From: an uncultured Actinomycetes bacterium
GTDB lineage: Bacteria > Actinomycetota > UBA4738 > HRBIN12
Direction: 5' to 3'
DNA: 64,000 bases
NCBI GenBank assembly: GCA_963716935.1
Contig: CAVQUN010000006.1
Span: 83,678-147,677, forward strand
Part shown: one piece after another, positions 47,378 to 56,828 of the stretch
Position numbering within the stretch: the first letter of the stretch is position 1
Layout: each line of letters starts with the position of its first letter
Position numbers and translations under genes: made by a program
The notes under the pieces: model-generated
The model's input: only the letters and a program-made list of their open reading frames with translations
Told to the model about the DNA's origin: nothing
Database searches by the model: none

Positions 47378-47383
47378 TACGCT
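47378..47383 (+). promoter_or_regulatory. -10-like hexamer TACGCT, candidate leaderless promoter of the glycosyltransferase/export operon
   Basis: TACGCT lies 8 nt upstream of ATG 47392, back-to-back with the divergent hexamer at 47319-47324. Confidence 0.35.
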
Positions 47384-47391
47384 CCGGTGCG

Positions 47392-47745
47392 ATGACCAGC
47401 GAGAACGATCTTCGCGACGCCCTTGCCCGCGAGCTCTATTGGGCTGAGGAGGCCACGCCGCGGTCGCGGATGGACACGGGTGAGGTGCGCGACGCGCTCC
47501 ACGACTTCGCGGCCTCCATGAGGGACGACGAGAGGCAGGTCGTCCCGCGCGGCGAGCCGAACCTCTCCTCGAGGACGAGGTGGCGCCGCCGGCTGAAGCT
47601 TCGCCTGTTCCGCGTGTTCCGGCCGATCAGCTGGCGCTACGACCGGCTCCTGGGCGACCTCGGGGAGCTGAACGCGGCGCTCGCCGACCGCGTCGCGGTC
47701 CTCGAGGCCGAGGTCGGCCGCCTCAAGCGGGAGCGTGGCGAGTGA
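47392..47745 (+). CDS. Small hypothetical protein with a C-terminal coiled-coil-like helix
   Basis: 117 aa from ATG 47392, high GC3. Ends LGDLGELNAALADRVAVLEAEVGRLKRERGE. The stop overlaps the next start (GTGA). Confidence 0.5.
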   Translation: MTSENDLRDALARELYWAEEATPRSRMDTGEVRDALHDFAASMRDDERQVVPRGEPNLSSRTRWRRRLKLRLFRVFRPISWRYDRLLGDLGELNAALADRVAVLEAEVGRLKRERGE

Positions 47746-48791
47746 GGATCGCGGTCGCGCATCCGCAGACGCCGTTCACGCGCGGCGGGGCGGAGACGCA
47801 CACGGAGGCGCTCGTGCGCGCGCTTCGCGCGGCCGGCCACGAGGCCGAGGAGGTCGTGGTCGCGGGTAAGTGGTACCCGGCGACCGAGCTCCTGCATCAG
47901 ATGGCGGTCTGGCGCTCGCTCGACCTCTCCGAGTCCAACGGGCTCCCGATCGACATGGTGATCGCGCTCAAGTTCCCGGCGTACCTCGTTCCGCACGAGC
48001 GCAAGGTCGTATGGCTCATCCATCAGCACCGCAGCGCGTACGAGCTCTGGGATCACCCGGAGTTCGCGGACCTGTCGAAGCAGGAGGAGGGCCCGGCGCT
48101 TCGCGACATGGTCGTGCAGAGCGATCGCGTGGCGCTCGGCGAGGCCAAGCGCGTGTTCACCAACTCGCGCAACGTGCAGGATCGGCTCTTGCGGTCCATT
48201 CGCCTGTCGAGCGAGGTGCTCTACCATCCCTCGCCGCTGGCCGAGGCCCTCGGCTCCCTCGAGCCGGGCCCCTACGGCGACGCCGTGGTCTTCCCGAGCC
48301 GGCTCGAGGCGCTGAAGCGACAATCGCTCGCCGTGGAGGCGATGCGACACGTGAAGACGGCCGTGAAGCTCGTCCTCGTCGGCGGCGGCCCCGACGAGCC
48401 CGCGATCCGAGAGCAGATCGCCAAGCGTCGGCTCCAGGGGCGCGTCGAGCTCGCGGGGCGGGTCCCAGACGAGGCACTGCACCGGCTCTACCTCGGTGCG
48501 CTCGGCGTGTACTATGGCCCGTACGACGAGGACTACGGCTACGTCACGATCGAGGGGTTCGCGGCGCGCCGGCCCGTCGTGACGCTCACGGACGCCGGGG
48601 GACCGCTCGAGTTCGTCGCCGACGGGGAGACCGGCCTCGTCACGCCGCCGGAGCCCGAGGCGATCGCCCACGCGTTCGACGTCTTGTTCTCCAACCGCCC
48701 CCTCGCCAAGCGGCTGGGGGATGCGGGCAACGCCCTGATCCGCGAGCGCGTCCCGGGCTGGCCCGAGGTGGTCGCCCGGCTCACGGAGTAG
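47742..48791 (+). CDS. Glycosyltransferase family 4
   Basis: GTG 47742. RIAVAHPQTPFTRGGAETH N-terminus; the C-terminal region is DYGYVTIEGFAARRPVVTLTDAGGPLEFV. Confidence 0.8.
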   Translation: MRIAVAHPQTPFTRGGAETHTEALVRALRAAGHEAEEVVVAGKWYPATELLHQMAVWRSLDLSESNGLPIDMVIALKFPAYLVPHERKVVWLIHQHRSAYELWDHPEFADLSKQEEGPALRDMVVQSDRVALGEAKRVFTNSRNVQDRLLRSIRLSSEVLYHPSPLAEALGSLEPGPYGDAVVFPSRLEALKRQSLAVEAMRHVKTAVKLVLVGGGPDEPAIREQIAKRRLQGRVELAGRVPDEALHRLYLGALGVYYGPYDEDYGYVTIEGFAARRPVVTLTDAGGPLEFVADGETGLVTPPEPEAIAHAFDVLFSNRPLAKRLGDAGNALIRERVPGWPEVVARLTE

Positions 48792-48793
48792 TC

Positions 48794-50137
48794 GTGGGCA
48801 GTCGCGTCGTCGGCGCGGCGCGCCGCATGCTCCGCTGGGACTACAAGATGGACCCGCGGATCGCGTGGCTCTCGCCCATGCCGCCCGCCAGGACGGGCGT
48901 CGCGACCTACTCCCGGGCGGTCCTCGACGAGCTCGAGCGCGTCGACTGGCCGGCGCGACGGCGGATCCAGCCGATCTGGCCCGTCGAACCCAAGCACGAG
49001 GGCACGATCCCGTGGCACACGCTGGGCGTCTACCACCTCGGGAACAACGTCGAGTTCCATCGCGACATCTACCGGCACGCGATCCAGACCCCGGGGGTGC
49101 TGGTCGTCCACGACCTCGCGCTCGACGACTTCGTCCGCGGGATGATCGCGAACGGCGATCCGCTCGGCCACCAGGCCATGCGCGAGGGTCTCGCGAACGC
49201 ACCGCGGCTGGCGGGGCTCTCGGACGCGACGACGAACGAACCCCTGCGGGTCCCGTTCATCGCGCACGCGGCGCGGCGCGCCCGGGGGATCGTCGTGCAC
49301 GCGCCGTTCGTCGAGCGCTACCTGCGCGCGTTCGGCTGCCGGACCCCGATCACCGTGGCGCCGCATCCCGTCGTGGAGAGCGAGCGCGACGTCGCCCGGG
49401 CGATCGGGCGCCGCGCCGTGGTGCGCGCGCCGCTCGAGGTCGTCGGGATGCGGTCGCTCGTCGGCGTCTTCGGGGACCAGAACGCCGCCAAGCTGATCGA
49501 CCTCGTGCTCGCCGCCGTGGCGACGCTGCCCGAGTCGGTCCACGTCGCGCTGGTCGGTCGCCGGATCGAAGGCTACGACCTGGACGCCGTCGTGCGCGGC
49601 AGCGGGCTCGGCGGCCGGGTGCACGTCCACGCCGACGTGAGCGACGGGGACTTCCTCGCTTGGATGGGCGCGGCCGACGTCGCCGTCGACCTCCGCAGCC
49701 CGCACCGCGGCGAGGTGAGCGGCTCGCTCGCCCGATCGATGCAGATGGGCCGCGCGACGGTGGTGAGCGCCACGGGCACCTACCTCGATCTGCCGGACGA
49801 GGTCGTCGCCCGCGTCCCGGCCGGCCGGCCCGACCCGGCGACGATCGCGTCCGAGATTCGCGGCCTCCTCGAGGACGAGGGCCGCCGCGACCGTATCGGC
49901 GTCGCCGCGCGCGAGCACGTCGCCGAGCGCTCGCGTACCCACGCGACGGCGAACGCCTACGTGCGAGCGATCGACGGCACGCTCTCGCTGCTCGCCGACC
50001 CCACGCGGCGGGCGCTCGCGCGGTGGGGCGGCGCGCTCGTCGACCTCGGCGTCACGGAGGAGACCCTGGCCGAGGGCTACGGCCTCTCGTACGCGCGCGC
50101 CCTCGACGACTTCGTCGCGCCGGGGACGCCGACGTGA
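48794..50137 (+). CDS. Glycosyltransferase (GT-B fold, GT1/GT4-like)
   Basis: GTG 48794 is preceded by GGAG at a 5-nt spacing (alternative starts ATG 48827 and ATG 48848). RIAWLSPMPPARTGVATYS; the C-terminal region is GEVSGSLARSMQMGRATVVSATG. Confidence 0.7.
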   Translation: MGSRVVGAARRMLRWDYKMDPRIAWLSPMPPARTGVATYSRAVLDELERVDWPARRRIQPIWPVEPKHEGTIPWHTLGVYHLGNNVEFHRDIYRHAIQTPGVLVVHDLALDDFVRGMIANGDPLGHQAMREGLANAPRLAGLSDATTNEPLRVPFIAHAARRARGIVVHAPFVERYLRAFGCRTPITVAPHPVVESERDVARAIGRRAVVRAPLEVVGMRSLVGVFGDQNAAKLIDLVLAAVATLPESVHVALVGRRIEGYDLDAVVRGSGLGGRVHVHADVSDGDFLAWMGAADVAVDLRSPHRGEVSGSLARSMQMGRATVVSATGTYLDLPDEVVARVPAGRPDPATIASEIRGLLEDEGRRDRIGVAAREHVAERSRTHATANAYVRAIDGTLSLLADPTRRALARWGGALVDLGVTEETLAEGYGLSYARALDDFVAPGTPT

Positions 50138-51024
50138 CCACGGTCGCGGCCACCGCCGTCGAGCGGACCTCCGAGTCGCCGCATCTGCGCCTCGGCGCTC
50201 GCCTTCGCGTGCTCGCGGCCCACCGCGAGATCCTGCTGAACCTCATCCGCAAGGAGCTGAAGGTGAAGTACGCGGCGTCGGTGCTCGGCGCCGTCTGGTC
50301 GCTCCTCAACCCGATCGTGTTCCTGATCGTGTTCTCCTTCGTCGTCCGGATGCTGGGCAACGCCATCCCGAACTACCCCGTCTACCTGCTCTCGGGCCTG
50401 CTGGCGTGGAACCTGTTCAGCGCGTCGCTGCAGAGCGGGGCCCGCTCGGTGCTCGACAACGCGAACCTCGTGAAGAAGGTGGCCTTCCCGCGCGAGATCC
50501 TGCCGCTGTCCGCGATCGGGGTGGCCCTAGTCGACTACGTGCTGCAGCTCGGGGTGCTGCTCCTGTTCATCGTCGTCTCCGGATACGGGTTCAGGTGGCC
50601 CGAGCTCGCCCTGCTGCCGCTCTCGTTCGCCGCGCTGCTCGCGTTCACCGCGGCGCTCACGTTCTGGCTCGCCGCGCTGAACGTCCGGTATCGCGACGTG
50701 GGGCACCTGCTGAACATCGCGATCCTCGTCTGGTTCTGGGTGACGCCGATCGTCTACGCCGGGGCCGTCGTCCAGGAGAAGCTCGCGGATCGCGACGTCC
50801 TGTGGGCGCTCTACCTCGCGAACCCGCTCACCCCGATCATCGCCGGCATGCAGCGGTCGCTGTACGGCGATCCGACCCCGGGTGGCGTGCCCGTCCTGTT
50901 CGACGTGAGCCTCGGGTGGCTGGCCGTCGTGCTCGCCGTCGTGCTGGCCCTGTCGGTCGTGGCGATCCGGTTCACCTGGGGTTACTTCTTCTCGCGCTCG
51001 GGTGACTTCGCGGAGGAGCTGTGA
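50134..51024 (+). CDS. ABC-2 type polysaccharide export permease (Wzm/TagG-like)
   Basis: GTG 50134 overlaps the upstream stop. LIRKELKVKYAASVLGAVWSLLNP is followed by six hydrophobic helices. Confidence 0.85.
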   Translation: MTTVAATAVERTSESPHLRLGARLRVLAAHREILLNLIRKELKVKYAASVLGAVWSLLNPIVFLIVFSFVVRMLGNAIPNYPVYLLSGLLAWNLFSASLQSGARSVLDNANLVKKVAFPREILPLSAIGVALVDYVLQLGVLLLFIVVSGYGFRWPELALLPLSFAALLAFTAALTFWLAALNVRYRDVGHLLNIAILVWFWVTPIVYAGAVVQEKLADRDVLWALYLANPLTPIIAGMQRSLYGDPTPGGVPVLFDVSLGWLAVVLAVVLALSVVAIRFTWGYFFSRSGDFAEEL

Positions 51025-52205
51025 TGGCGCCCGCGATCGAGATCGCGGACCTGTCCAAGCGGTTCCGGATCTTCCGGGAGAAGCCGACGACCATCAAGCA
51101 GCGCCTGCTGACCTCGCACGCGCGGGCCGAGGACTTCTGGGCGCTCCGCGAGATCGCGTTCGACATCGACGAGGGCTCGACGTTCGGCCTCATCGGCCAC
51201 AACGGCTCGGGCAAGACGACGCTCCTGAAGTGCGTCGCCGGGATCCTGCGGCCGACCAGCGGCACGATCCGCCAGCGCGGGCGGCTGGCGGCGTTGCTCG
51301 AGCTCGGCGCCGGATTCCATCCCGAGCTCACGGGCCGCGAGAACGTCTACCTCAACGCCTCGTTTCTCGGCCTGTCGCGCAAGCAGACCGACCGCGCGTA
51401 CGAGGGGATCGTCGAGTTCGCCGAGCTCGAGCCGTTCATGGACAACCAGGTGAAGTTCTACTCCTCGGGGATGCTGGTCCGGCTCGGGTTCGCCGTCGCG
51501 GTCCACGTGGAGCCCGACGTGCTGCTCGTGGACGAGGTGCTGTCGGTGGGCGACGAGGCGTTCCAGGCCAAGTGCATCGAGCGCGTCCGCCGCTTCCAGC
51601 GCGAGGGGCGCACGATCGTGCTCGTGACGCACGCGCTCGACACCGTTCGCGAGATCTGCGACCGCGCCGCCATGCTGCATCACGGCCGGCTGCACGCCCT
51701 CGGAGCGCCGGACGACGTCGTGCGCGAGATGCGGTACGTCCTGTTGGGCGTGACCGACCCGGGCTTCGTGCCGGAGGAGGGCTCGCGCGAGGCTGAGATC
51801 GCCGAGGTGCAGCTGCTGCGCGCGACGGGATCCGCCGAGGGCCCGGTGCTCCGGGAGGATCCGCTCACGATCCAGGTCGACGTGCGGTCGAACCTTCCCG
51901 TGGACGACCTGGACGTCGACGTTGCCGTGCTCGACGGTGCCACGAACCACCCGGTGCTCGAGGCGAGGACCTCGCGGGCCGGGATCGATCTCGGCCGGTT
52001 CGACGGGAAGAAGCGAGTGCGGTTTCGGATCGAGCGGTTCCCCTACGGCGCCGGCAAGTACTGGGTGACGGTGGGCCTCAGCTCGCGGTCGACGGGGCGC
52101 CTGTACCACGTGCAGACGCAGCGCTACCTGTTCGAGGTCGTGGACGCTCCTCGCGTCCAGGAGCGGATCGAGGTGCCCGTCGTGGTGGAGGCGGAGGACC
52201 GATGA
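51021..52205 (+). CDS. Polysaccharide export ABC ATPase with a C-terminal extension (Wzt/TagH-like)
   Basis: Walker A GHNGSGKTTLLK, signature YSSGMLVRLGFA and Walker B VLLVDEVLSVGD. A ~150-aa C-terminal beta-rich domain follows. Confidence 0.85.
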   Translation: MMAPAIEIADLSKRFRIFREKPTTIKQRLLTSHARAEDFWALREIAFDIDEGSTFGLIGHNGSGKTTLLKCVAGILRPTSGTIRQRGRLAALLELGAGFHPELTGRENVYLNASFLGLSRKQTDRAYEGIVEFAELEPFMDNQVKFYSSGMLVRLGFAVAVHVEPDVLLVDEVLSVGDEAFQAKCIERVRRFQREGRTIVLVTHALDTVREICDRAAMLHHGRLHALGAPDDVVREMRYVLLGVTDPGFVPEEGSREAEIAEVQLLRATGSAEGPVLREDPLTIQVDVRSNLPVDDLDVDVAVLDGATNHPVLEARTSRAGIDLGRFDGKKRVRFRIERFPYGAGKYWVTVGLSSRSTGRLYHVQTQRYLFEVVDAPRVQERIEVPVVVEAEDR

Positions 52206-52645
52206 CCGGCCCGAATGCCCGGGCAGATGCGCCCGCCGAGACGAACGTGAAGAAAGGACCCGGCGCCATGTTGATCGCCATGATTCTCCTGTCGGTGGGG
52301 CTCGCCGCCGTGGCGCAGCTCGCACTGAAGCAGGGCATGAACCAGGTGAACGCGGAGCTCGCACCGACGACGTTCTCGCTGAACGGCGCGTCGGTGCGGG
52401 CGCTCGTGTCCGAGCCGTTCGTGTGGGCGGGACTGGCGCTGTTCGGCCTGTCGGCGCTGGTCTGGCTCGTGGTGCTGTCGCGGGCGTCGCTGTCGTTCGC
52501 CTACCCGTTCGCGGCCCTCACCTATGTCCTGATCCTGCTCTTCGACGCCTTCGTCCTCGACGAGCACGTGCCCGCGCTCCGCTGGGGAGGCGTGGCGCTC
52601 ATCGCGGCGGGGATCTTCCTGATCTCTCGCACCCCGCACGCTTGA
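52202..52645 (+). CDS. Small 4-TM EamA/SMR-like membrane protein (ArnE/ArnF-like)
   Basis: 147 aa with four hydrophobic helices. ATGA overlap upstream and TGATG overlap downstream. Confidence 0.65.
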   Translation: MTGPNARADAPAETNVKKGPGAMLIAMILLSVGLAAVAQLALKQGMNQVNAELAPTTFSLNGASVRALVSEPFVWAGLALFGLSALVWLVVLSRASLSFAYPFAALTYVLILLFDAFVLDEHVPALRWGGVALIAAGIFLISRTPHA

Positions 52646-53517
52646 TGGGCGAACGCGACTCGCCGTTCGACCTCGCCGTCGTGATCGTCAACTACAACGC
52701 CGGGGCCTACCTGACCCGGTGTGTCGAGTCCGTCGCCGAGGGCGGTGGGGGGCTGCGGCTCGACGTCCTGCTGGTCGACAACGCGTCGCGCGACGGGAGC
52801 GCCCGGGCCGCCGCGGCGGGGCGGCCCGGGCTTCGGCTGATCGAGAACCCCACGAACCGAGGCCTGTCCGCGGCCTGGAACCAGGGGGCCGCCGAGACGG
52901 ACGCGCCGTGGATCCTGTTCCTGAACCCCGACGCCGAGATCTGGCAGGGTGACCTCGCGGCGTTCGTGAAGGTGGGGAGCGAGCGACCCGAGGTCGCGGT
53001 GCTGGGGCCGATCGTCCGCAACGCCGATGGGACGATCTACCCGAGCGGTCGCGGGTTCCCGTCGGTGGGCCTGGCGGTCGGGCACGCCTTCCTCGAGCCG
53101 TTCTCGCCGAACAACCGCTTCACGCGCGCCTACCGGCAGTCGACGTGGGACCGGCGTTCCGAGCGAGCGGTCGACTGGGTGAGCGGCGCCTGCATGCTGG
53201 TGCGCCGCAAGGCGTTCGAGACGGTGGGGCGGTTCGACGAGGGCTTCTGGCTGTACGGGGAGGAGCTCGACCTCTGCACGCGGCTGCGCGACGCGGGCTG
53301 GACCGTCCTGTTCACCCCCGCGCTCGAGATCCTGCACGAGGGCGGCGTCTCGACCGGACGCTCGCGACGGACCCACCTCCAGCATTCGCGGAGCATCTAC
53401 CGGTACTACCGCAAGCATCGCGCCGGTGGGTGGCGCGCGTCGACGCTGCCGCTCGCGTGGCTCGCCCTGCGCCTTCGCGCCGAGCTCGTCGCCCTGCGGG
53501 ACCGGTTCGCGCGATGA
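52645..53517 (+). CDS. Glycosyltransferase family 2 (rhamnosyltransferase-like)
   Basis: ATG 52645. LAVVIVNYNAGAYL, LVDNASRDGS, LNPDAE and GACMLVRRKAFETVGRFDEGFWLYGEELDLCTR. Confidence 0.85.
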   Translation: MGERDSPFDLAVVIVNYNAGAYLTRCVESVAEGGGGLRLDVLLVDNASRDGSARAAAAGRPGLRLIENPTNRGLSAAWNQGAAETDAPWILFLNPDAEIWQGDLAAFVKVGSERPEVAVLGPIVRNADGTIYPSGRGFPSVGLAVGHAFLEPFSPNNRFTRAYRQSTWDRRSERAVDWVSGACMLVRRKAFETVGRFDEGFWLYGEELDLCTRLRDAGWTVLFTPALEILHEGGVSTGRSRRTHLQHSRSIYRYYRKHRAGGWRASTLPLAWLALRLRAELVALRDRFAR

Positions 53518-54569
53518 AGGCGGTCGTGCTGGTGGGCGGCGAGGGCACGCGGCTGCGACCGATCACCGAGACGATCCCCAAGCCCCTGGTGCCGCTGATG
53601 AACCGCGCGAGCCTCGACCACGTCCTCGATCACCTCGCCCGGCACGGCGTCCACGAGGTCGTGCTCTCGAGCTCCTACCTCGAGGCGACGTTCCACGAGT
53701 TCATCGAACGGCGCCACGGCGACCCCGCCATCGCTTGGATCACCGAGGCCGCGCCGCTCGGTACCGGCGGCGCGATCGTAAACGCGCTCGCGAGCCTGCG
53801 AACCGGCGAGCCGTTCTTCGCGCTGAACGGCGACATCCTGACCGACCTCGACCTCACGGCCATGCTGACGATGCACCGCGATCGGGCGGCCGTGGCGACG
53901 ATCGCCCTCACGCCGGTGGACGACGCGCGGCCCTACGGGCTCGTGCCGACGAGGGACGACGGCGGGGTCGTGGAGTTCCTCGAGAAGCCCACGGACGCCG
54001 TCCCGGGCGAGATCAACGCGGGCACGTACCTGCTCGAGCCGTCGGCCCTCGCCGGTTGGGAAGCGGGTCGCGCGGCCTCCATCGAGCGCGAGATCTTCCC
54101 GGCCCTGATCGCCCGCGGGGAGCCGGTGTTCGGCTTCGTCTCCGACGCGTACTGGATCGATCTCGGCACGCCGGAGCAGTACCTGCGCGCGCACGTCGAC
54201 ATTCTCGAGGGCCGCGTGGCGTTCGAGCCCGTGTACGCCGCGCCCCTCGTCGCGGAGGGCGCCGAGATCGACCCGCGGGCGTGGCTCGGCCGGCACGTCG
54301 TCGTGGGTGCCGGGGCCGCCGTCCACGCCGGCGCCCGCGTGGACGGGAGCGTGCTCCATCCGCGCGCGATCGTCGGGGAGGGAGCCGTCGTGGCCGGCTC
54401 GATCCTGGGCCCGGGCTCGCGCGTGGGGGCCGGTGCGAGGGTGCACGGGTGCGTGCTCGGCGAGGGGGCCCTCGTGCCGGAGGGCGCCACCCTGGACGGC
54501 GAGCGTGTGCCCGGGGCTCGACCCGCCGGTTCGGGCGAAAGCGGCAGTTCCGGGCAACCGATGGGGTAG
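53514..54569 (+). CDS. NDP-sugar pyrophosphorylase (mannose-1-phosphate guanylyltransferase-like)
   Basis: ATG 53514 overlaps the upstream stop (ATGA). KAVVLVGGEGTRLRPITETIPKPLVP, GTGGAI, FLEKP, then hexapeptide-repeat-like C-terminal sequence. Confidence 0.8.
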   Translation: MKAVVLVGGEGTRLRPITETIPKPLVPLMNRASLDHVLDHLARHGVHEVVLSSSYLEATFHEFIERRHGDPAIAWITEAAPLGTGGAIVNALASLRTGEPFFALNGDILTDLDLTAMLTMHRDRAAVATIALTPVDDARPYGLVPTRDDGGVVEFLEKPTDAVPGEINAGTYLLEPSALAGWEAGRAASIEREIFPALIARGEPVFGFVSDAYWIDLGTPEQYLRAHVDILEGRVAFEPVYAAPLVAEGAEIDPRAWLGRHVVVGAGAAVHAGARVDGSVLHPRAIVGEGAVVAGSILGPGSRVGAGARVHGCVLGEGALVPEGATLDGERVPGARPAGSGESGSSGQPMG

Positions 54570-54603
54570 GATGCGCGTTTCCCGTTCAGGGAACCTCCCG
54601 AAC

Positions 54604-56121
54604 ATGCGAAGACTCTTCCTTGCCCTGTCCGCGGTTCTGCTGGTCGCGCTCGCGCCGGCGCCGGGCGCGCTCGGCCAGAACCAGCCGAAGGACTTCACCT
54701 TCTTCGGCTCGGGCTTCGGCCACGGGCTCGGGATGTCCCAGTGGGGGGCGTACGGCCTCGCGCTCGACGGCTGGAGCGCCAAGGAGATCCTCACCCACTA
54801 CTACTCGGGCACGAGCGTCGTGAAGGAGGGCTCGCCCCCCGATCGTCTGCGCATCGGGCTCGTGCAGGCGGAGGCCTCGGTTCACCTCGAGGCGCAGGAG
54901 GGCGACGTCGAGCTCCGGCTCGGCGATCGCAAGTCAGGCGACGTCGTCGCCACGATCCCGGACGGTGAGAGCTGGCGGGTACGGGCCTCCGACGGCGAGT
55001 ATCGGATCGTCGACGCGGGCGGCGCCACCGTCGGGCGGTTCGGCGGGCCGGCCGAGCCGATCTTCGCCGTCTTCCAGCCGCAGGGTGTGCGGGTACGCGT
55101 CCCCGAGGCCGGCCACACCTACAACCGGGGCTGGATCGAGTTCGGGCTGTACGGCTGCGGGGGCTCGTGCGATCTGCGGCTGATCCTCGAGGTCACGCCC
55201 CAGGAGTACCTGTACGGGCTCGGCGAGGTGCCGAGCTCGTGGCCGATGGCCGCGATGCAGGCGCAGGCCATCGCCGCCCGGACCTATGCGTTCACGAAGG
55301 CGGCCGCCTCGCAGCACCGTTCGGGATGCGACTGCGCCCTGTATGCCAGCTCCTTCGACCAGGTCTACGCGGGATGGGACAAGGAGGGCGGAACCGACGG
55401 CGATCGGTGGGTGCAGGCCGTGGATCACACCGAGGACAAGGTCGTGGCCGAGGCCGGGACCACGATCCAGGCGTTCTACATGTCGTCCTCGGGCGGGTTC
55501 ACCGAGGACAACGAGAACGTGTGGGGCGGAACCCCGATCGAGTACCTGCGCGGCGTGTGCGATCCCGGCGACTACACGGCTGAGAACCCGAGCGCCATCT
55601 GGCAGACGACGGTCGCCGCGCCGAAGCTCACGAAGAGCCTCGCGCTCGGCATCGGCACCGTGACCGGGTTCGCGAACCCGGTCCGCGGGATCTCGGGACG
55701 GATCATCTCGATCACGGTGCAGGGCGAAAAGAGCTCGACGCCGATCAGCGGGACGGTGCTTCGGTCCGCGCTCGGCCTGCGCGACGACCGCGTGTGGATC
55801 AACCGCGATCGGCAGATCGTCGGCGCGATCCGCCAGAAGTACGACGCGCTCGACTGCGCGCCCGGCCTGGCCACCTCCGCCCAGGTCCCGGTCGCCGGAG
55901 GGCTGCGGCAGACCTTCGAGGACGCCACGATCTACTTCAAGGCGGGCGCGGGCGTCCACGCGCTCCGCGACCCCGTGCTCGCGTTCTACCGGGATCGGGG
56001 AGGGCCCGGCGGCAGGCTCGGCTTCCCGACCTCCGACGTCCGGACGATGCCGAACGGCAATCTGCGGGCGAGCTTCGAGAACGGCAGGATCACCTGCCAC
56101 GAGAGCGACTGCTCTGCCTAG
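54604..56121 (+). CDS. Secreted SpoIID/LytB-domain protein with a C-terminal LGFP repeat
   Basis: ATG 54604 and a signal peptide LFLALSAVLLVALAPAPGA. GHGLGMSQWGAYG, EYLYGLGEVPSSWPMAAMQAQAIAARTYA, FYMSSSGGFTE and GGRLGFPTSD. Confidence 0.8.
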   Translation: MRRLFLALSAVLLVALAPAPGALGQNQPKDFTFFGSGFGHGLGMSQWGAYGLALDGWSAKEILTHYYSGTSVVKEGSPPDRLRIGLVQAEASVHLEAQEGDVELRLGDRKSGDVVATIPDGESWRVRASDGEYRIVDAGGATVGRFGGPAEPIFAVFQPQGVRVRVPEAGHTYNRGWIEFGLYGCGGSCDLRLILEVTPQEYLYGLGEVPSSWPMAAMQAQAIAARTYAFTKAAASQHRSGCDCALYASSFDQVYAGWDKEGGTDGDRWVQAVDHTEDKVVAEAGTTIQAFYMSSSGGFTEDNENVWGGTPIEYLRGVCDPGDYTAENPSAIWQTTVAAPKLTKSLALGIGTVTGFANPVRGISGRIISITVQGEKSSTPISGTVLRSALGLRDDRVWINRDRQIVGAIRQKYDALDCAPGLATSAQVPVAGGLRQTFEDATIYFKAGAGVHALRDPVLAFYRDRGGPGGRLGFPTSDVRTMPNGNLRASFENGRITCHESDCSA

Positions 56122-56825
56122 CGCACGAACAAGGGGCCGAGGAGCCCGCGCGGGGCCTCGGGCGCGTTCGTCGTGCCCCGGTAGGCGTCGACGAATCCCT
56201 GCGCGATCGTGACCGCCTGCTCCGCCGAGACGTCCGACGGGCACATCCAGCGGGTGTTCCATGCGACGAGCGCCAGCGCGCGACCGGTCGGGAGGTTCGG
56301 GTAGGGGGCCATGATCACCCTGCTCTGCTCGTTCGCGAACGCCTCGAGCGCGTCGACCGCGTCGGCCGAGAGCCCGCCGTCGGCCGTGATGCGGTACCAG
56401 ATGAGGACGTAGGCGTGCTCGAGGTTGTGCACGGCTCGCGTCTCGGGGACGGGGTCGGCGTACACGTGCGGGTCGGGCGGCAGTGGGGTGGGATCGTGCG
56501 GCCCGGCGGCGGGCGGCGGATCGGGGTAGGTGAACGTGTCGCCCGGGGCGAGGTGGGCGCGGCTCGGGTTCGGGGTCACCGGGCGCTCGAGGTCGTCGCA
56601 GCCGGCGGCGCCCGCCGCGCTCTCGGCCGCAGGCGAGATCGTCCCCGGCCCCGGCGCCCGGATGAACAGCACCCAGCCGAGCACGAGGGCGGCCGCCAGC
56701 AGGGCGGCGCGGCGGACGAGGGTGCCGCGTGAGCGCCCGGGAGCCGGCGCAGGCGCCGGCTTCGTTCGCGAAGGCCCACCGCCCTTCGACGGGGCTCGGT
56801 GGGATCGCTTCCGGGTCTTGGCCAC
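56118..56825 (-). CDS. DUF3105-like membrane-anchored protein
   Basis: Basic N-terminus MAKTRKRSHR, one TM helix, then GPHDPTP, VHNLEHAYVLIWY and VAWNTRWMC. Confidence 0.7.
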   Translation of the reverse strand: MAKTRKRSHRAPSKGGGPSRTKPAPAPAPGRSRGTLVRRAALLAAALVLGWVLFIRAPGPGTISPAAESAAGAAGCDDLERPVTPNPSRAHLAPGDTFTYPDPPPAAGPHDPTPLPPDPHVYADPVPETRAVHNLEHAYVLIWYRITADGGLSADAVDALEAFANEQSRVIMAPYPNLPTGRALALVAWNTRWMCPSDVSAEQAVTIAQGFVDAYRGTTNAPEAPRGLLGPLFVR

Positions 56826-56828
56826 CGC

